A stretch of DNA of 64,000 nt from assembly GCA_025059205.1 (NCBI GenBank), contig JANXDS010000001.1, forward strand, positions 76,014 to 140,013, given 5' to 3'. The stretch comes from Aigarchaeota archaeon (GTDB lineage Archaea; Thermoproteota; Nitrososphaeria_A; Caldarchaeales; Wolframiiraptoraceae). The translations under genes were made by a program, and so were the position numbers. Below, in pieces: positions 1 to 10,337 of the stretch; within the stretch, counting starts at the first letter, position 1, and every line of letters begins with the position of its first letter. The notes beneath the pieces are model-generated. The model was not told where the DNA came from, ran no database searches, and worked only from the letters and a program-made list of their open reading frames with translations.

Positions 1-745
1 GTGTCGTGGGACGGTTACCATAATGTTGTTGGGTGATGCATGCACACGTTCATGCAGGTTCTGTGCGGTCAAAGCAGGAAAACCAATGGGACGCGTTGAT
101 GTATCCGAGCCGGAGAAGGTAGCTATGGCCGTGAAAGAGCTGAATTTGAACCACATCGTCTTGACCTCCGTCTGCAGGGACGATTTGCATGATGGGGGTG
201 CCGGAGTGTTCGCCGAGACTGTAATGAGGATTAGAAGGACGAATCCAAGGGCAAAGGTTGAGGTACTCATACCCGATTTCGGAGGCAATAGAAGCGCGAT
301 CGAGGTAGTGGTAAGATCCAAACCAGACGTCATCGGCCACAACCTGGAAACAATTAAGAGGCTGACACCGATCGTTAGGGATAGGAGGTCGGACTATCAG
401 CTCTCTCTCGATGTTTTAAAGACTGTAAAAGAGCTGGACGATAGCATATACACTAAGTCGTCTCTGATACTCGGCTTTGGTGAGACCGAGCAGGAAGTCG
501 TGGAGGCAATGTCGGACTTAAGGTCGGTCGGGGTTGACATCTTGACTTTGGGACAGTATCTCAGACCTACCAGAAGACATGCACCGGTTGTCGAGTATGT
601 TCATCCTAAAACGTTTGAAAGACTGAAGGATATCGCCCTCTCCTTAGGTTTTAAGGGCGTAATTTCTGCACCCTTAGCGAGAAGCTCGTATATGGCGGCA
701 GAGCTGTTCCAGAAAATTTCGAGAGGTGGTGTTTTTGGAGGCTGA
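1..745 (+). CDS. lipA: lipoyl synthase LipA (radical SAM), N-terminus cut by the window edge
   Basis: The frame is open from base 2. It carries the CTRSCRFC radical-SAM motif and LipA-typical blocks (NHIVLTSVCRDDLHDGGA, LIPDFGG, LGQYLRPTRRHAPV). An Lpd gene follows. Confidence 0.88.
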   Translation, partial: CRGTVTIMLLGDACTRSCRFCAVKAGKPMGRVDVSEPEKVAMAVKELNLNHIVLTSVCRDDLHDGGAGVFAETVMRIRRTNPRAKVEVLIPDFGGNRSAIEVVVRSKPDVIGHNLETIKRLTPIVRDRRSDYQLSLDVLKTVKELDDSIYTKSSLILGFGETEQEVVEAMSDLRSVGVDILTLGQYLRPTRRHAPVVEYVHPKTFERLKDIALSLGFKGVISAPLARSSYMAAELFQKISRGGVFGG

Positions 746-2129
746 TGCGGTAGTTATAGGCGGAGGTCCCGCAGGCTATGTCGCTGCGATAAGGTTGGGC
801 CAGTTACGTAAAAAAACTGTTTTGGTGGAAAAGGACAACCTGGGTGGCACCTGTCTTAACTACGGCTGCATCCCGTCAAAGGTTCTTATAACCGCAGCAG
901 ACATCTTTTGGAAAGTTGGAAAACTCGACAAGCTCGGCATAAAGGTTCAGGGATTATCTATGGAACTTAAACAGTTGCAGGATTGGAAGAGGGAAGTTAT
1001 CGCTAAGCTGAGGGACGGCATAGCCTATCTGCTCAAGGGAAACGGTGTTAAGATAATCAAAGGTTTCGCGACGTTAAGGTCACCTAAGGAAGTCGAGGTT
1101 AGAGAAGGTACCTCCGGGACTATAATCAAAACCAACAGCGTGCTTTGGACCGTGGGTGCTGAGGATGCGGGCCTTCCAAATATACCGTACGACGGTAAGC
1201 GCATACTAAGCGCAAAGGACTTGCTTGACCTAGAAATCGTACCCAAGAGCATGCTGATAGTAGGCGGAGGGGCAATAGGACTCGAACTCGGAACGGCCCT
1301 CGCTAAGATGGGTACGAAGGTCATCATCGTCGAGATAATGGACCAGTTGCTTCCAGGAATCAGTAAAGATGCGGTAACCGTCGTTCACAGGAACCTGAAG
1401 AGGCTCGGTGTCGAAGTATACACTAGCTCCCGTGTTTTGACTTACAGATATGGTGGCGGTCACGTCTCGGTAGATATTACAAAGAACGGCGAGACGTTAT
1501 CTATCAATACAGAATATGTACTCGTTACGGTTGGCAGGAGAGCATCGTCCCAGAATTATGGGCTAAAGGAGCTTGGCGTGGAACTTGACAAGAATGGTTT
1601 CGTGGTCGTGGACTCTAGCATGAGAACTTCTCTCGAGAACATATTCGCAGCTGGTGATGCTGTCGGCCCACCATTCCTCGCACATAAAGCTTCGAGACAA
1701 GGTCTTATTGCCGCCGAGACGATAGCCGGTCAGAAGACACGTCTTATGCTTCCGCCAGTACCTCTTGCACTTTTCACGGATCCAGAGATCGCAGTTGTTG
1801 GCATGTCAGAGGAAGAGGCAAAGGCATCGGGCATAGATGTCGCTGTCGGTAAATTTCCGTTCACGGCTCTGAGTAGGGCGAACATATCGAACGATACCGA
1901 AGGTTTCGTTAAAGTCGTGGTAGACAGGTCTAGCGAAAAAATCCTAGGCGTTCAGATAGTCGGACGTGGAGCAACAGACCTGATAGGCGAGGCCGCCCTT
2001 GCGATATCGGCAGGCATGAGGGTTGACGAGTTGGATAATGCAATTCATCCTCATCCGACGTTCTCTGAGGCAATAGGAGAGGCCGCGGGTGCCGTTAACA
2101 AGAAAGCTATACATTTGCTGAACGTTTGA
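726..2129 (+). CDS. lpdA: dihydrolipoyl (dihydrolipoamide) dehydrogenase
   Basis: GGGPAGY FAD-binding motif, a redox-active disulfide block GGTCLNYGCIPSK, a second NAD Rossmann motif GGGAIGLE, and HPHPTFSE in the dimerisation domain. It starts on GTG. Confidence 0.85.
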   Translation: MVFLEADAVVIGGGPAGYVAAIRLGQLRKKTVLVEKDNLGGTCLNYGCIPSKVLITAADIFWKVGKLDKLGIKVQGLSMELKQLQDWKREVIAKLRDGIAYLLKGNGVKIIKGFATLRSPKEVEVREGTSGTIIKTNSVLWTVGAEDAGLPNIPYDGKRILSAKDLLDLEIVPKSMLIVGGGAIGLELGTALAKMGTKVIIVEIMDQLLPGISKDAVTVVHRNLKRLGVEVYTSSRVLTYRYGGGHVSVDITKNGETLSINTEYVLVTVGRRASSQNYGLKELGVELDKNGFVVVDSSMRTSLENIFAAGDAVGPPFLAHKASRQGLIAAETIAGQKTRLMLPPVPLALFTDPEIAVVGMSEEEAKASGIDVAVGKFPFTALSRANISNDTEGFVKVVVDRSSEKILGVQIVGRGATDLIGEAALAISAGMRVDELDNAIHPHPTFSEAIGEAAGAVNKKAIHLLNV

Positions 2130-2153
2130 ATAACGCTTGCTCGGTGTCTGACG

Positions 2154-2825
2154 ATGAAGAAGGGCTTTCTCGTTGACCTCGGCCTCTGCGAGTACGAGCC
2201 CGTCTGGAAGCTTCAACTTAAGCTAGTGGAGCTTAGGTTATCCTCCGAGATTCCGGATACCCTGCTACTCGTGGAACACAAAAGTGTATTCACGCTTGGA
2301 AGGAGAACCTCTATGGACGACGTAATCGAGAAAAGGGCACCAGTGTTCAGGGTCGAAAGGGGCGGCGGCGCTACATATCACGGTCCAGGCCAGCTCGTAG
2401 GTTATCCAATAATGGATCTGAACGCCATGAAATTGGACATCAAGCAATACATCCGCAAGCTGGAGAATGTCTTGGTTAGGACTCTGCTTAGATTTAATGT
2501 AGCAGCAGACATAAAGGAAGGGTACCCGGGCGTATGGGTCGGCGAAAAGAAGATAGCATCGATAGGTATAGCGATCAGGAACTGGGTGGCCTTTCATGGT
2601 TTTGCGGTGAACATAAACCCAGACATGAGTTACTTCAGATGCATAAGGCCGTGCGGCATGCGACCTGAGGTGATGTCCTCGGTCGAAGAGCTTTTAGGAG
2701 CCTCCCCTGAATTGGATAGGGTAAAAGAGGCCCTTATAAAGGAATTTGAGACAGAATTCGACCTTAATTTACGTCCTTTTCCGTCGGATCTTTGGAAGCT
2801 CGTCACGGAATCCATCGGCTTATAA
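2154..2825 (+). CDS. lipB: octanoyl/lipoyl transferase LipB
   Basis: About 223 aa with the LipB-like core RGGGATYHGPGQLVGYPIMDL. It sits in the lipA-lpd context. Confidence 0.72.
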   Translation: MKKGFLVDLGLCEYEPVWKLQLKLVELRLSSEIPDTLLLVEHKSVFTLGRRTSMDDVIEKRAPVFRVERGGGATYHGPGQLVGYPIMDLNAMKLDIKQYIRKLENVLVRTLLRFNVAADIKEGYPGVWVGEKKIASIGIAIRNWVAFHGFAVNINPDMSYFRCIRPCGMRPEVMSSVEELLGASPELDRVKEALIKEFETEFDLNLRPFPSDLWKLVTESIGL

Positions 2826-2892
2826 ACATATGTAGCAACGCTTATAAACCGAGCCTTTAAATACTATTTAAATAACCACGGAGAGTCGCGTA

Positions 2893-3465
2893 ATGCCAAA
2901 GGGACCCGAGCCAACTATAAAAATAGAGAACGTTGTAGCTAGCGTAACGTTGTTCCAGAGGCTTGATTTGTCCCAGATACAGAGGAGCTTCCCGGACGTA
3001 GAGTACAAGCCGGCACAATTCCCGGGTCTTGTCTTCAGGCTTCAGAAACCGAAGACGGCCACTTTGATATTCAGCAGCGGTAAGATGGTCTGCACTGGAG
3101 CGGAGAGCGAAGAGGAGTCTATCAAGGCCGTCAAAACTGTCGTTAAACTTTTGAAGAAAGAAGGCTTCTTGATCAAGGAGGAGCCTCAGATAGAGATACA
3201 GAACATAGTAGCCAGCGTCGACCTTCATGGCAGAATAGACCTAGAAAGAGCCGCCGCGGAGCTGGAGAACGTCATGTACGAACCGGAACAATTTCCCGGC
3301 TTAATCTATAGGATGGAGCAGCCTAAGGTTGTAATACTTATGTTCGCGAGCGGAAAGCTTGTCTGCACCGGTGCCAAGTATGAGCGGGAAGTCTACGAAG
3401 CCGTACAACGATTGAGGGAAATACTGGAAGAGAAAAATCTACTAATATACACTACAACGTCATAA
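2893..3465 (+). CDS. tbp: TATA-box binding protein
   Basis: Two direct repeats of the TBP fold (ENVVASVTL...QFPGLVFRL and QNIVASVDL...QFPGLIYRM). Size 190 aa. An AT-rich TATA-like element (ctatttaaata) lies upstream. Confidence 0.9.
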   Translation: MPKGPEPTIKIENVVASVTLFQRLDLSQIQRSFPDVEYKPAQFPGLVFRLQKPKTATLIFSSGKMVCTGAESEEESIKAVKTVVKLLKKEGFLIKEEPQIEIQNIVASVDLHGRIDLERAAAELENVMYEPEQFPGLIYRMEQPKVVILMFASGKLVCTGAKYEREVYEAVQRLREILEEKNLLIYTTTS

Positions 3466-4488
3466 AGTGCACTTTCCTTTTAACAACAAGTCGACGAGTC
3501 TTTTCGTTACGTCCTCGGTAGTTGCCGTGCCGCCCAAATCGGGCGTCAGACTTTTTGGATCTTTTAGCAAGTAGAGCACGGCATCCTCTATGCTACTCGC
3601 CGCCTCAAGCATCGCTTTGTTGCCCCTCGTCCTGCCGAGCCATTCGAGCATCATCTTCGATGCCATGATTTGGGCTATTGGGTTAGCGTATGACGGGTTT
3701 ATATCGGGCGCCGTTCCATGAACCGGTTCGAACAGACCAAACTCATCTCCTACGTTGGCCGAGTAGGCTAGGCCCAAACTACCGACTACGCCCGCCGCTT
3801 CGTCGCTCAATATGTCGCCGAACATGTTCGTCGTGAGCATCACATCAAACCTTTGTGGATTCATCACTAGCTGATAAGCCGCGTTGTCGACTAGCATTTC
3901 CTCCAACGTTACGGACGGATAAGACTTCGCGACATCGAAGGCTGCCTTCCTGAAGAGCTCAAAACTCTTCAGCACGTTTACCTTGTGGACGAGTGTCACC
4001 TTTTTCCTCCTAACCTCCGCCGTTTGGAATGCGACTTTCGCTATCCTTGTACATGCCTTCCTAGTCAGCACCATTAAGGCTACCGCATGCTCCTCGCCAA
4101 CATCCTCAACGCATTTATACAAATCTTCCGTATTCTCCCTGATTATTATTAGGTCCACGTCCTTCCACTTAGAGCTAACTCCGGGAAGCGTCTTGAAGGG
4201 TCTTATGTTGGCGTAAAGGTCTAGCCTCTGCCTCAGTACGACTATAACATCCCTTGCCGTCTCACCAACAGGTCCCTTCAAACACGCGTCGGAAGATCTT
4301 ATCTTGTCAAACGAGTCCTTCGGCAATGGTTCGCCAAAATCCCTCTTAGCCGCATCGCCGGCCGGCGCCTCAACGAAGCTCAGCTTGAAGCCGTAGACAT
4401 CTGAAGCGGCCTCCAGTACCTCTTTTGCAGACCTGACGACGACCGGACCTATGCCGTCGCCCGGTATTACGCTTATGATGTTAACCAT
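3460..4488 (-). CDS. leuB: 3-isopropylmalate dehydrogenase (isocitrate/isopropylmalate DH family; homoisocitrate DH not excluded)
   Basis: N-terminus [12 protein letters not shown] with a later block [12 protein letters not shown], size 342 aa. It is divergent from leuA-ilvBNC. Confidence 0.7.
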   Translation of the reverse strand: MVNIISVIPGDGIGPVVVRSAKEVLEAASDVYGFKLSFVEAPAGDAAKRDFGEPLPKDSFDKIRSSDACLKGPVGETARDVIVVLRQRLDLYANIRPFKTLPGVSSKWKDVDLIIIRENTEDLYKCVEDVGEEHAVALMVLTRKACTRIAKVAFQTAEVRRKKVTLVHKVNVLKSFELFRKAAFDVAKSYPSVTLEEMLVDNAAYQLVMNPQRFDVMLTTNMFGDILSDEAAGVVGSLGLAYSANVGDEFGLFEPVHGTAPDINPSYANPIAQIMASKMMLEWLGRTRGNKAMLEAASSIEDAVLYLLKDPKSLTPDLGGTATTEDVTKRLVDLLLKGKCTL

Positions 4489-4504
4489 GTTCTGTCCCGC
4501 TCTT

Positions 4505-4568
4505 TTATGCGTATTTAAGCGTTTTTCATTCTCAAGTTATGCGTATTTAAGCGTTTTTCATTCTCAAG
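4505..4568. repeat. perfect 32-bp tandem duplication (ttatgcgtatttaagcgtttttcattctcaag x2) directly upstream of the leuB start
   Basis: Read directly from the sequence: 4505-4536 equals 4537-4568. Each copy carries a TTAAATA element on the leuB coding strand, about 26 nt before the ATG for the proximal copy. Confidence 0.9.
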
Positions 4569-4631
4569 CGTCCGAGGCTGATGAACCATGGTACCGTGAG
4601 AGTACGTTCGCATACAACGATGGTTGACTTT

Positions 4632-4681
4632 GGATTAGTTCAGCATCGCGGAAAAAAATTTCCATCGTGCTGAACTAATCC
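4632..4681. promoter_or_regulatory. perfect inverted repeat GGATTAGTTCAGCA-N22-TGCTGAACTAATCC in the leuB/leuA divergent control region
   Basis: 14-bp arms are exactly reverse-complementary and the 22-bp spacer is itself partly palindromic. It lies about 175 bp upstream of the leuA ATG. Confidence 0.5.
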
Positions 4682-4854
4682 GCAAGAAATGCTTATATAT
4701 GCTTATCCAAACAAAATTTACAACGTTCGGTTGGTGAGCAAAGTGAGCCAACTCGAATAAGCTTGGCAAAAAATTTCGAGCCTACGTCCAGTAAATCTTC
4801 TCAAAAAATCTGCCCTGTGAATCTTGCCCTACTCCTTCTCTGAGGTGTTATACC

Positions 4855-6393
4855 ATGGCTTGGAGGAGCCTATTCTCGGAAGAGTATAAACTTCCCGAAA
4901 AGGTCAGCATATTCGACACAACTCTAAGGGACGGTGAGCAGACGCCCGGCGTCGCCCTTACACCGGAGGAGAAGGTCGAGATAGCCATACAGCTCGACAA
5001 ACTCGGCGTTGACATCATAGAGGCAGGATTCCCGATAACGTCAAAAGGTGAGCGAAAAGCTGTATCGGATATATGTAAACTCGGCCTCTCGGCGAAGATA
5101 TGTGCGCTTGCCAGATGCGAGAAGAACGACATAGATGCTGCGGTCGATACGGGCGTTGACTGGGTCCACGTATTTTTAGCAACATCCGATATACATCTGA
5201 AGTATAAGCTTAGAATGACGAGGGAGCAAGCACTCGCAAAGATAGCAGAAGCAGTAGAGTATGCTAAGTCGAGAGGCGTGATCGTTCACTACTCCGCTGA
5301 AGATGCGACGAGAACAGAGCATGATTTTTTGATGAAAGCGTTAAAAGTAGCGGCCGATGCTGGAGCGGATAGCATAGACATACCCGATACCGTTGGCTTT
5401 GCAGTACCAGCAGCGATTCGCAGGCTTGTTTCTTCTGCAAAGATCGTCACAGACAAGCCGGTAGCGGTCCATTGTCACGACGACATGGGGTTAGCGGTAG
5501 CAAACTCGCTCTCAGCCGTTGAAGCAGGTGCGGAGATAATTCATGCGACGGTCAACGGGATAGGCGAAAGGGCCGGTAACGCAAGCCTAGAGGAGATAGT
5601 CGTGGCGTTGCACACGCTTTATGGTGTGAAAACCAACATAAACCTCCAAGAGATATATAAGACGTCGAGACTCGTCGCCAAGCTCACCGGAGTTTGGATT
5701 CCTAAAAACAAGGCAATCGTCGGCGAGAATGCGTTTTCACACGAGAGCGGTATACATGTACATGGTATACTTGGTTCTCCCGAAACCTACGAACCAATAG
5801 CACCGGAACTCGTCGGAAGGAGAAGGAAGATAGTGGCAGGGAAGCACTCGGGCATACATGGTATAGACTTCTTACTCAAGGAGCACGGTATTGATGTAGA
5901 CAAACCAAAGGCTAAGGAGGTTCTTGAAAAGGTTAAGGCCCTCGGCGATATGGGCTTAAGGGTTCCGGACACCAAGCTCAAGACTATAGCCGAAGAAATT
6001 TTGGGAAAATCAGGAGACACTCAGCTAGTGTCCCTGAAGGAGCTTAGTATCACGTCGAACGTTGATGGTGCGGTTGCACGAATATCCTTGAAATTGGGCG
6101 ATGAAGTCTTTATGGCCGAGTCTTTTGGCCACAGTCCTGTTGTCGCGTCTATATCAGCCCTTCTGAATGCCGTATCGAAAAAGATGAACGTCAGGTTAAT
6201 CGACTTTAGAATCGATGCGACATCCTACTCACCGGATTTGACATGTGAGGCAGAAGTTATGTTGACGGTCGACAACTCGCAAGAATATGTTGGCGAGGCG
6301 ACTGGACATGATCCCGCCTTTGTTGCAGTAGGCGCTATAATAGCGGGCATAGAGAAGGCAATAATATCGTCTGTTGGAGGTAAAGCAACATGA
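4855..6393 (+). CDS. leuA: 2-isopropylmalate synthase (LeuA/CimA family, with C-terminal regulatory domain)
   Basis: [15 protein letters not shown]-terminal HMGL-like motif, 512 aa, and a LeuA-dimer-type C-terminal domain. ilvBNC lies downstream. Confidence 0.8.
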   Translation: MAWRSLFSEEYKLPEKVSIFDTTLRDGEQTPGVALTPEEKVEIAIQLDKLGVDIIEAGFPITSKGERKAVSDICKLGLSAKICALARCEKNDIDAAVDTGVDWVHVFLATSDIHLKYKLRMTREQALAKIAEAVEYAKSRGVIVHYSAEDATRTEHDFLMKALKVAADAGADSIDIPDTVGFAVPAAIRRLVSSAKIVTDKPVAVHCHDDMGLAVANSLSAVEAGAEIIHATVNGIGERAGNASLEEIVVALHTLYGVKTNINLQEIYKTSRLVAKLTGVWIPKNKAIVGENAFSHESGIHVHGILGSPETYEPIAPELVGRRRKIVAGKHSGIHGIDFLLKEHGIDVDKPKAKEVLEKVKALGDMGLRVPDTKLKTIAEEILGKSGDTQLVSLKELSITSNVDGAVARISLKLGDEVFMAESFGHSPVVASISALLNAVSKKMNVRLIDFRIDATSYSPDLTCEAEVMLTVDNSQEYVGEATGHDPAFVAVGAIIAGIEKAIISSVGGKAT

Positions 6394-6570
6394 AGGCTCT
6401 TACGAAATGTTTTTATAATATAGGAGTGTATTATTCTAGCTCGAAGCGTGAGGGTGATAATGAGGCGCCAAGTCCTCTAAACAAGGGCGGGTATGTTCTC
6501 GCCCAGTATCTACCCTCCAGTATCGATACCCTCTTTTCATCCCTAAACTTTCTATGCGTGGTGAAGGTAT

Positions 6571-8325
6571 ATGGTAAGGGCAGCTGATGTTCTAGTCAAG
6601 GCTATGGAATCAAAGGGTGTCGTCGCCATCTTCGGGATACCTGGTGGTTCAATCCTACCGTTCTACGACGCTCTGTACGACAGCAACATAAAGACCATAC
6701 TGATGAGACATGAGCAGCAGGCAGCACATGCCGCGGAGGGTTATGCAAGAGTTAAGGGCAGACCCGGGATAGCCATGGCTACTTCAGGCCCAGGCGCGAC
6801 GAACCTTGTGACGGGCATAGTTAACGCTATGATGGATAGCCAGCCCGTCATAGCGATAACTGGCCAGGTCCCGCGCGACTCGCTCGGAACGGACGCTTTC
6901 CAAGAAACCGACATAACGGGCATACTCTTACCCGTCACGAAGTACGCGGTAACCGTCAAGGATCCATCTAAACTGGCCCAGACGTTCGTAGATGCATACC
7001 ATGTAGCTGTGTCCGGTAGGCCTGGCCCTGTTCTCATAGACGTTCCAAGGGATGTTTTCCAAGCAGACGTCGAACCTCGTTGGGAGGACAAACCGAGCTT
7101 GATAAAGTATGTACTGAACACCGTCACGTCACAAGCTCAGGAACCGGACCCAGAGCTCATATCGAAAGCTGCTGAGATTCTGATGAATGCCGAGAAGCCA
7201 GTGATAATAGCTGGCGGCGGTGTAATAATAAGCAACGCCACTAACGAACTGGTCAAGCTGGCCGAGTACCTCATGGCACCTGTCGTGGTTACTACACCGG
7301 GGATAGGTTCCATACCCTCCGACCATCCGCTCATGCTCGGCGTCATAGGCATGCACGGCAGAGTCGAGGCCAACCTTGCTGTGATAGAGTCGGATGTGAT
7401 TCTAGCGGTTGGCATGAGATTCGCTGATAGATCCGTCGGAAGGTTTGATGAGTTCCAGAAAGGCAGGAAGGTGATCCATATAGATATAGATGCCAGCGAG
7501 CTCGGTAAGAACGTCACGCCGACCGTGAGTATAATTGGTGATGCAAAGAAAACATTGGCAGAAATTTACGCATGCATAGCTTCCAGGGTCGCGAGAAAGG
7601 ATGCGAGACCTTTCATCCAAAGACTCAAAGCCATAGGTGAAAGCTTTGATGAATTCATGAACAATCATGGCGAACCCAGCAAGATAACTTCCTGGCGCGC
7701 TCTGAAAGTGATAAGGGAAGAGCTTCCGAGGAACGCGATAGTGACCACAGGCGTTGGACAGCACCAGATGTGGGTCCAGCTTTGTTTCAAGGTATTCGAA
7801 CCGCGAACTTTAATCACAAGTTGCGGTCTCGGAACTATGGGCTTCGGTCTGCCTGCTGCCTTGGGCGCAAAGGTCGCAGCACCGGATAGGACCGTAGCCT
7901 GCATCGATGGCGACGGTAGCTTTTTCATGACGTGCCAAAGCTTAGCACCGGTCGTCCAGTATAACATCCCTATCATATGTATAATATTCAATAACAGGTC
8001 CCTCGGCATGATAAGACAGCTGCAGGACTTCTTCTATCAAAAGAGGTACAAAGACGAGCATCTTGGGTTATCTAGGAGATACGTTGGGAGAAGCATAGAT
8101 TACGTGAAGCTAGCCGAGTCCATAGGTGTAGAGGGCGCCTCGGCAGAATCCCTGGACGACCTGAGGATGCTACTCAGGAGAGCCGTAAGGTCAGGAGAAG
8201 CGTTCCTCATAGACCTGCCGATAGACAGGGAAGAAAGGGTACTTCCTATGGTACCTCCTGGTAAGTGGCTCAACCAGATGATGACACCTTCGGAGTTTGA
8301 TCTACATGCCCGCGTACGTGTTTAG
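6571..8325 (+). CDS. ilvB: acetolactate synthase large subunit (ThDP-dependent)
   Basis: 584 aa. GIPGGSILPFYDAL and TSGPGATNLVTG motifs, with the ThDP GDG motif CIDGDGSF. Confidence 0.9.
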   Translation: MVRAADVLVKAMESKGVVAIFGIPGGSILPFYDALYDSNIKTILMRHEQQAAHAAEGYARVKGRPGIAMATSGPGATNLVTGIVNAMMDSQPVIAITGQVPRDSLGTDAFQETDITGILLPVTKYAVTVKDPSKLAQTFVDAYHVAVSGRPGPVLIDVPRDVFQADVEPRWEDKPSLIKYVLNTVTSQAQEPDPELISKAAEILMNAEKPVIIAGGGVIISNATNELVKLAEYLMAPVVVTTPGIGSIPSDHPLMLGVIGMHGRVEANLAVIESDVILAVGMRFADRSVGRFDEFQKGRKVIHIDIDASELGKNVTPTVSIIGDAKKTLAEIYACIASRVARKDARPFIQRLKAIGESFDEFMNNHGEPSKITSWRALKVIREELPRNAIVTTGVGQHQMWVQLCFKVFEPRTLITSCGLGTMGFGLPAALGAKVAAPDRTVACIDGDGSFFMTCQSLAPVVQYNIPIICIIFNNRSLGMIRQLQDFFYQKRYKDEHLGLSRRYVGRSIDYVKLAESIGVEGASAESLDDLRMLLRRAVRSGEAFLIDLPIDREERVLPMVPPGKWLNQMMTPSEFDLHARVRV

Positions 8326-8578
8326 CATATTGATAGAAGATTCGCTCGAGGCCCTCGTCAAGGTATTCCTGACCGCTAGACAGGCCCAGGCGAAGCTCAT
8401 CAGCGCAGAAGTTAGCGAGTCCAGCATGGAAAACGTCAAGTTGTTGACGATGACCCTATCGTTAAAACCAGAGAAGGCAGAGTGGCTCAAGAGAAAGCTA
8501 TTTAACCTACCTGTGGTACTGGAAGTAAATTGCACAACATTGGACGCGACCCTAAGTAAGAATGCGTGTGGGAGGTGA
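8297..8578 (+). CDS. ilvN: probable acetolactate synthase small (regulatory, ACT-domain) subunit; start uncertain because it overlaps the ilvB 3' end
   Basis: Roughly 90 aa with an ACT-like alternation (ILIEDSLEALVKVFLTARQAQAKLISAEV...VKLLTMTL...LPVVLEV). It sits in the canonical position between ilvB and ilvC. Confidence 0.5.
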   Translation: MIYMPAYVFSILIEDSLEALVKVFLTARQAQAKLISAEVSESSMENVKLLTMTLSLKPEKAEWLKRKLFNLPVVLEVNCTTLDATLSKNACGR

Positions 8579-8585
8579 AAAATGA

Positions 8586-9566
8586 ATGGCAAAAATATAT
8601 TACGATAGCGATATAAGCCTCGAGCCGTTACTCGGCAAGAAGGTAGCGGTCATAGGTTATGGAAGTCAAGGAAGGGCCCAAGCACTCAACATGAGGGACT
8701 CCGGCATAGACGTCGTCGTCGGCGTGAGGGAAGGAGGGAAATCCTGGAGGATGGTAAAAGAGGATGGCCTCGAGCCCCTTCCTGTAGAAAAGGCAGCGAA
8801 GGAAGGAGACGTAGTCCACATGCTAATACCGGATGTGATACAGCCTGAGGTTTACAAGAAGCTCATAGAGCCGAACATGAAGCCCGGAAAGGTCTTGGGC
8901 TTCTCTCATGGTTACAACATACACTTTAGACAGATAGTGCCGCCGAGCTACGTAGATGTCATACTTGTTGCACCCAAGGCACCTGGTCCGAGAATGCGCG
9001 AGCTGTACCTCGAAGGGAAGGGCGTCCCTGCACTCTTCGCCGTGGGTCAGGACTACTCCGGAAACGCGAGGATGATAGCCTTGGCTATGGCCAAGGCCCT
9101 GGGTTGCGCGAGGGCCGGCGTCCTAGAGACGACGTTCAAAGAGGAGACAGAGACCGACCTGCTGGGAGAGCAGGCAGTCCTAGTCGGTGGTATCATGGAA
9201 CTCATAAAGAAGGGATACGAAGTACTAGTCGAGGCAGGATATCAGCCGGAGCTTGCCTACTTCGAGGTATGTAACGAGATGAAGCTGATAGTCGACCTCA
9301 TATACAAGGGAGGCTTAGTCGGCATGCTGAGTGCGGTCTCGGATACCGCAAAGTTCGGCGGCCTGGTCGTAGGTCCCCAGGTAATCGACGAGCACGTAAA
9401 AGAGAACATGAGGGAAGCCCTTAGGAGGATTCAAGACGGCTCTTTTGCGAGGCTTTGGAGTGAGGACCCAAGGAGTAAGCTGATACTCGAGAAGAAAATG
9501 GAGGAGATAAGGGACCATCCGATGGAGAAGGTTGGCGAGGTCGTCAGGAAGCTGGCCCAAATATAA
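8586..9566 (+). CDS. ilvC: ketol-acid reductoisomerase
   Basis: [23 protein letters not shown] Rossmann motif and a class I KARI C-terminal domain. Size 326 aa. Confidence 0.9.
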   Translation: MAKIYYDSDISLEPLLGKKVAVIGYGSQGRAQALNMRDSGIDVVVGVREGGKSWRMVKEDGLEPLPVEKAAKEGDVVHMLIPDVIQPEVYKKLIEPNMKPGKVLGFSHGYNIHFRQIVPPSYVDVILVAPKAPGPRMRELYLEGKGVPALFAVGQDYSGNARMIALAMAKALGCARAGVLETTFKEETETDLLGEQAVLVGGIMELIKKGYEVLVEAGYQPELAYFEVCNEMKLIVDLIYKGGLVGMLSAVSDTAKFGGLVVGPQVIDEHVKENMREALRRIQDGSFARLWSEDPRSKLILEKKMEEIRDHPMEKVGEVVRKLAQI

Positions 9567-9578
9567 CGGGCTTCAGGC

Positions 9579-10337
9579 TTAGAGTGGGAAGAACCTGTAG
9601 TACACGGCTAGGCCGAACAGAACCAGCAAAATTAACAGAACCATATAGTCCCTAGGGCCCATCCTGAGCTCCCTTAACGACGTTCTATTTTTTACGGCAC
9701 CGAAACACTTTACCTCCATCGCCTCCGCCAGCTCGTATGCTCTTCTGAGAGCGTTTGCGAGCAACGGCACGAGTATCGGTATTAGCTTCCTAGCTCTCTG
9801 TAAAGGCCCGCCCCTATCCAACTCTACGCCGCGTGCCCTCTGTGCATCCATTATGTCCCTTAGCTCTTGGGCTATTATCGGCGTAAATCTTATCGCCGAT
9901 ATAAAGGCGAACGTGTACTGGTAGGGAACACGCCAACTCGTAAGCGTCAGCCCTATCTCCTCCGGTGTCGTGGTCAAGAAGAATATGGAGAATGAGGAGA
10001 GGAAGAGCACGAGCCTATACGCTAGCGTGGCCGAATGGTAAAGCGTATCCTGTAAGGTTGTGTAGGTTCCGCTTGATATGAAGAACATAGCGTTTAGACC
10101 GAAGACAAGAGCAGCCAGAGGAATCGAGCCCTTTATCGTTTGGAGCCAACGTCGCATGACCTTAGCAACATAAGCTATCGTTGCCTGTACTACTATGAGA
10201 GCTGTCAGCATCCACGCCTCTGCATACATTACCACTGTGATTAACATTAGCACGGAAACAAGAAATTTTACCCTTGGGTCAAGTCTATGTATGGCCGTAT
10301 CGCCGGCATAGAACTTAAAACCTTCTAGTATGCTCAA
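9579..10337 (-). CDS. ecfT: ECF transporter transmembrane component EcfT (CbiQ family)
   Basis: A multi-TM 252-aa protein with a CbiQ-like C-terminal ARGVELD/RARG motif region. It lies downstream of two EcfA ATPases. Confidence 0.78.
   Translation of the reverse strand: MSILEGFKFYAGDTAIHRLDPRVKFLVSVLMLITVVMYAEAWMLTALIVVQATIAYVAKVMRRWLQTIKGSIPLAALVFGLNAMFFISSGTYTTLQDTLYHSATLAYRLVLFLSSFSIFFLTTTPEEIGLTLTSWRVPYQYTFAFISAIRFTPIIAQELRDIMDAQRARGVELDRGGPLQRARKLIPILVPLLANALRRAYELAEAMEVKCFGAVKNRTSLRELRMGPRDYMVLLILLVLFGLAVYYRFFPL

Noticed and set aside
2857-3228. 123-aa minus ORF antisense to tbp
   Set aside because: It overlaps the unmistakable TBP gene and has no independent support.
6390-6587. 65-aa ORF in the leuA-ilvB intergenic spacer
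   Set aside because: No recognisable domain and low-complexity composition. The region contains an AT-rich TATA-like element (tttttataatatagg) and more likely is the ilvB promoter or leader than a gene.
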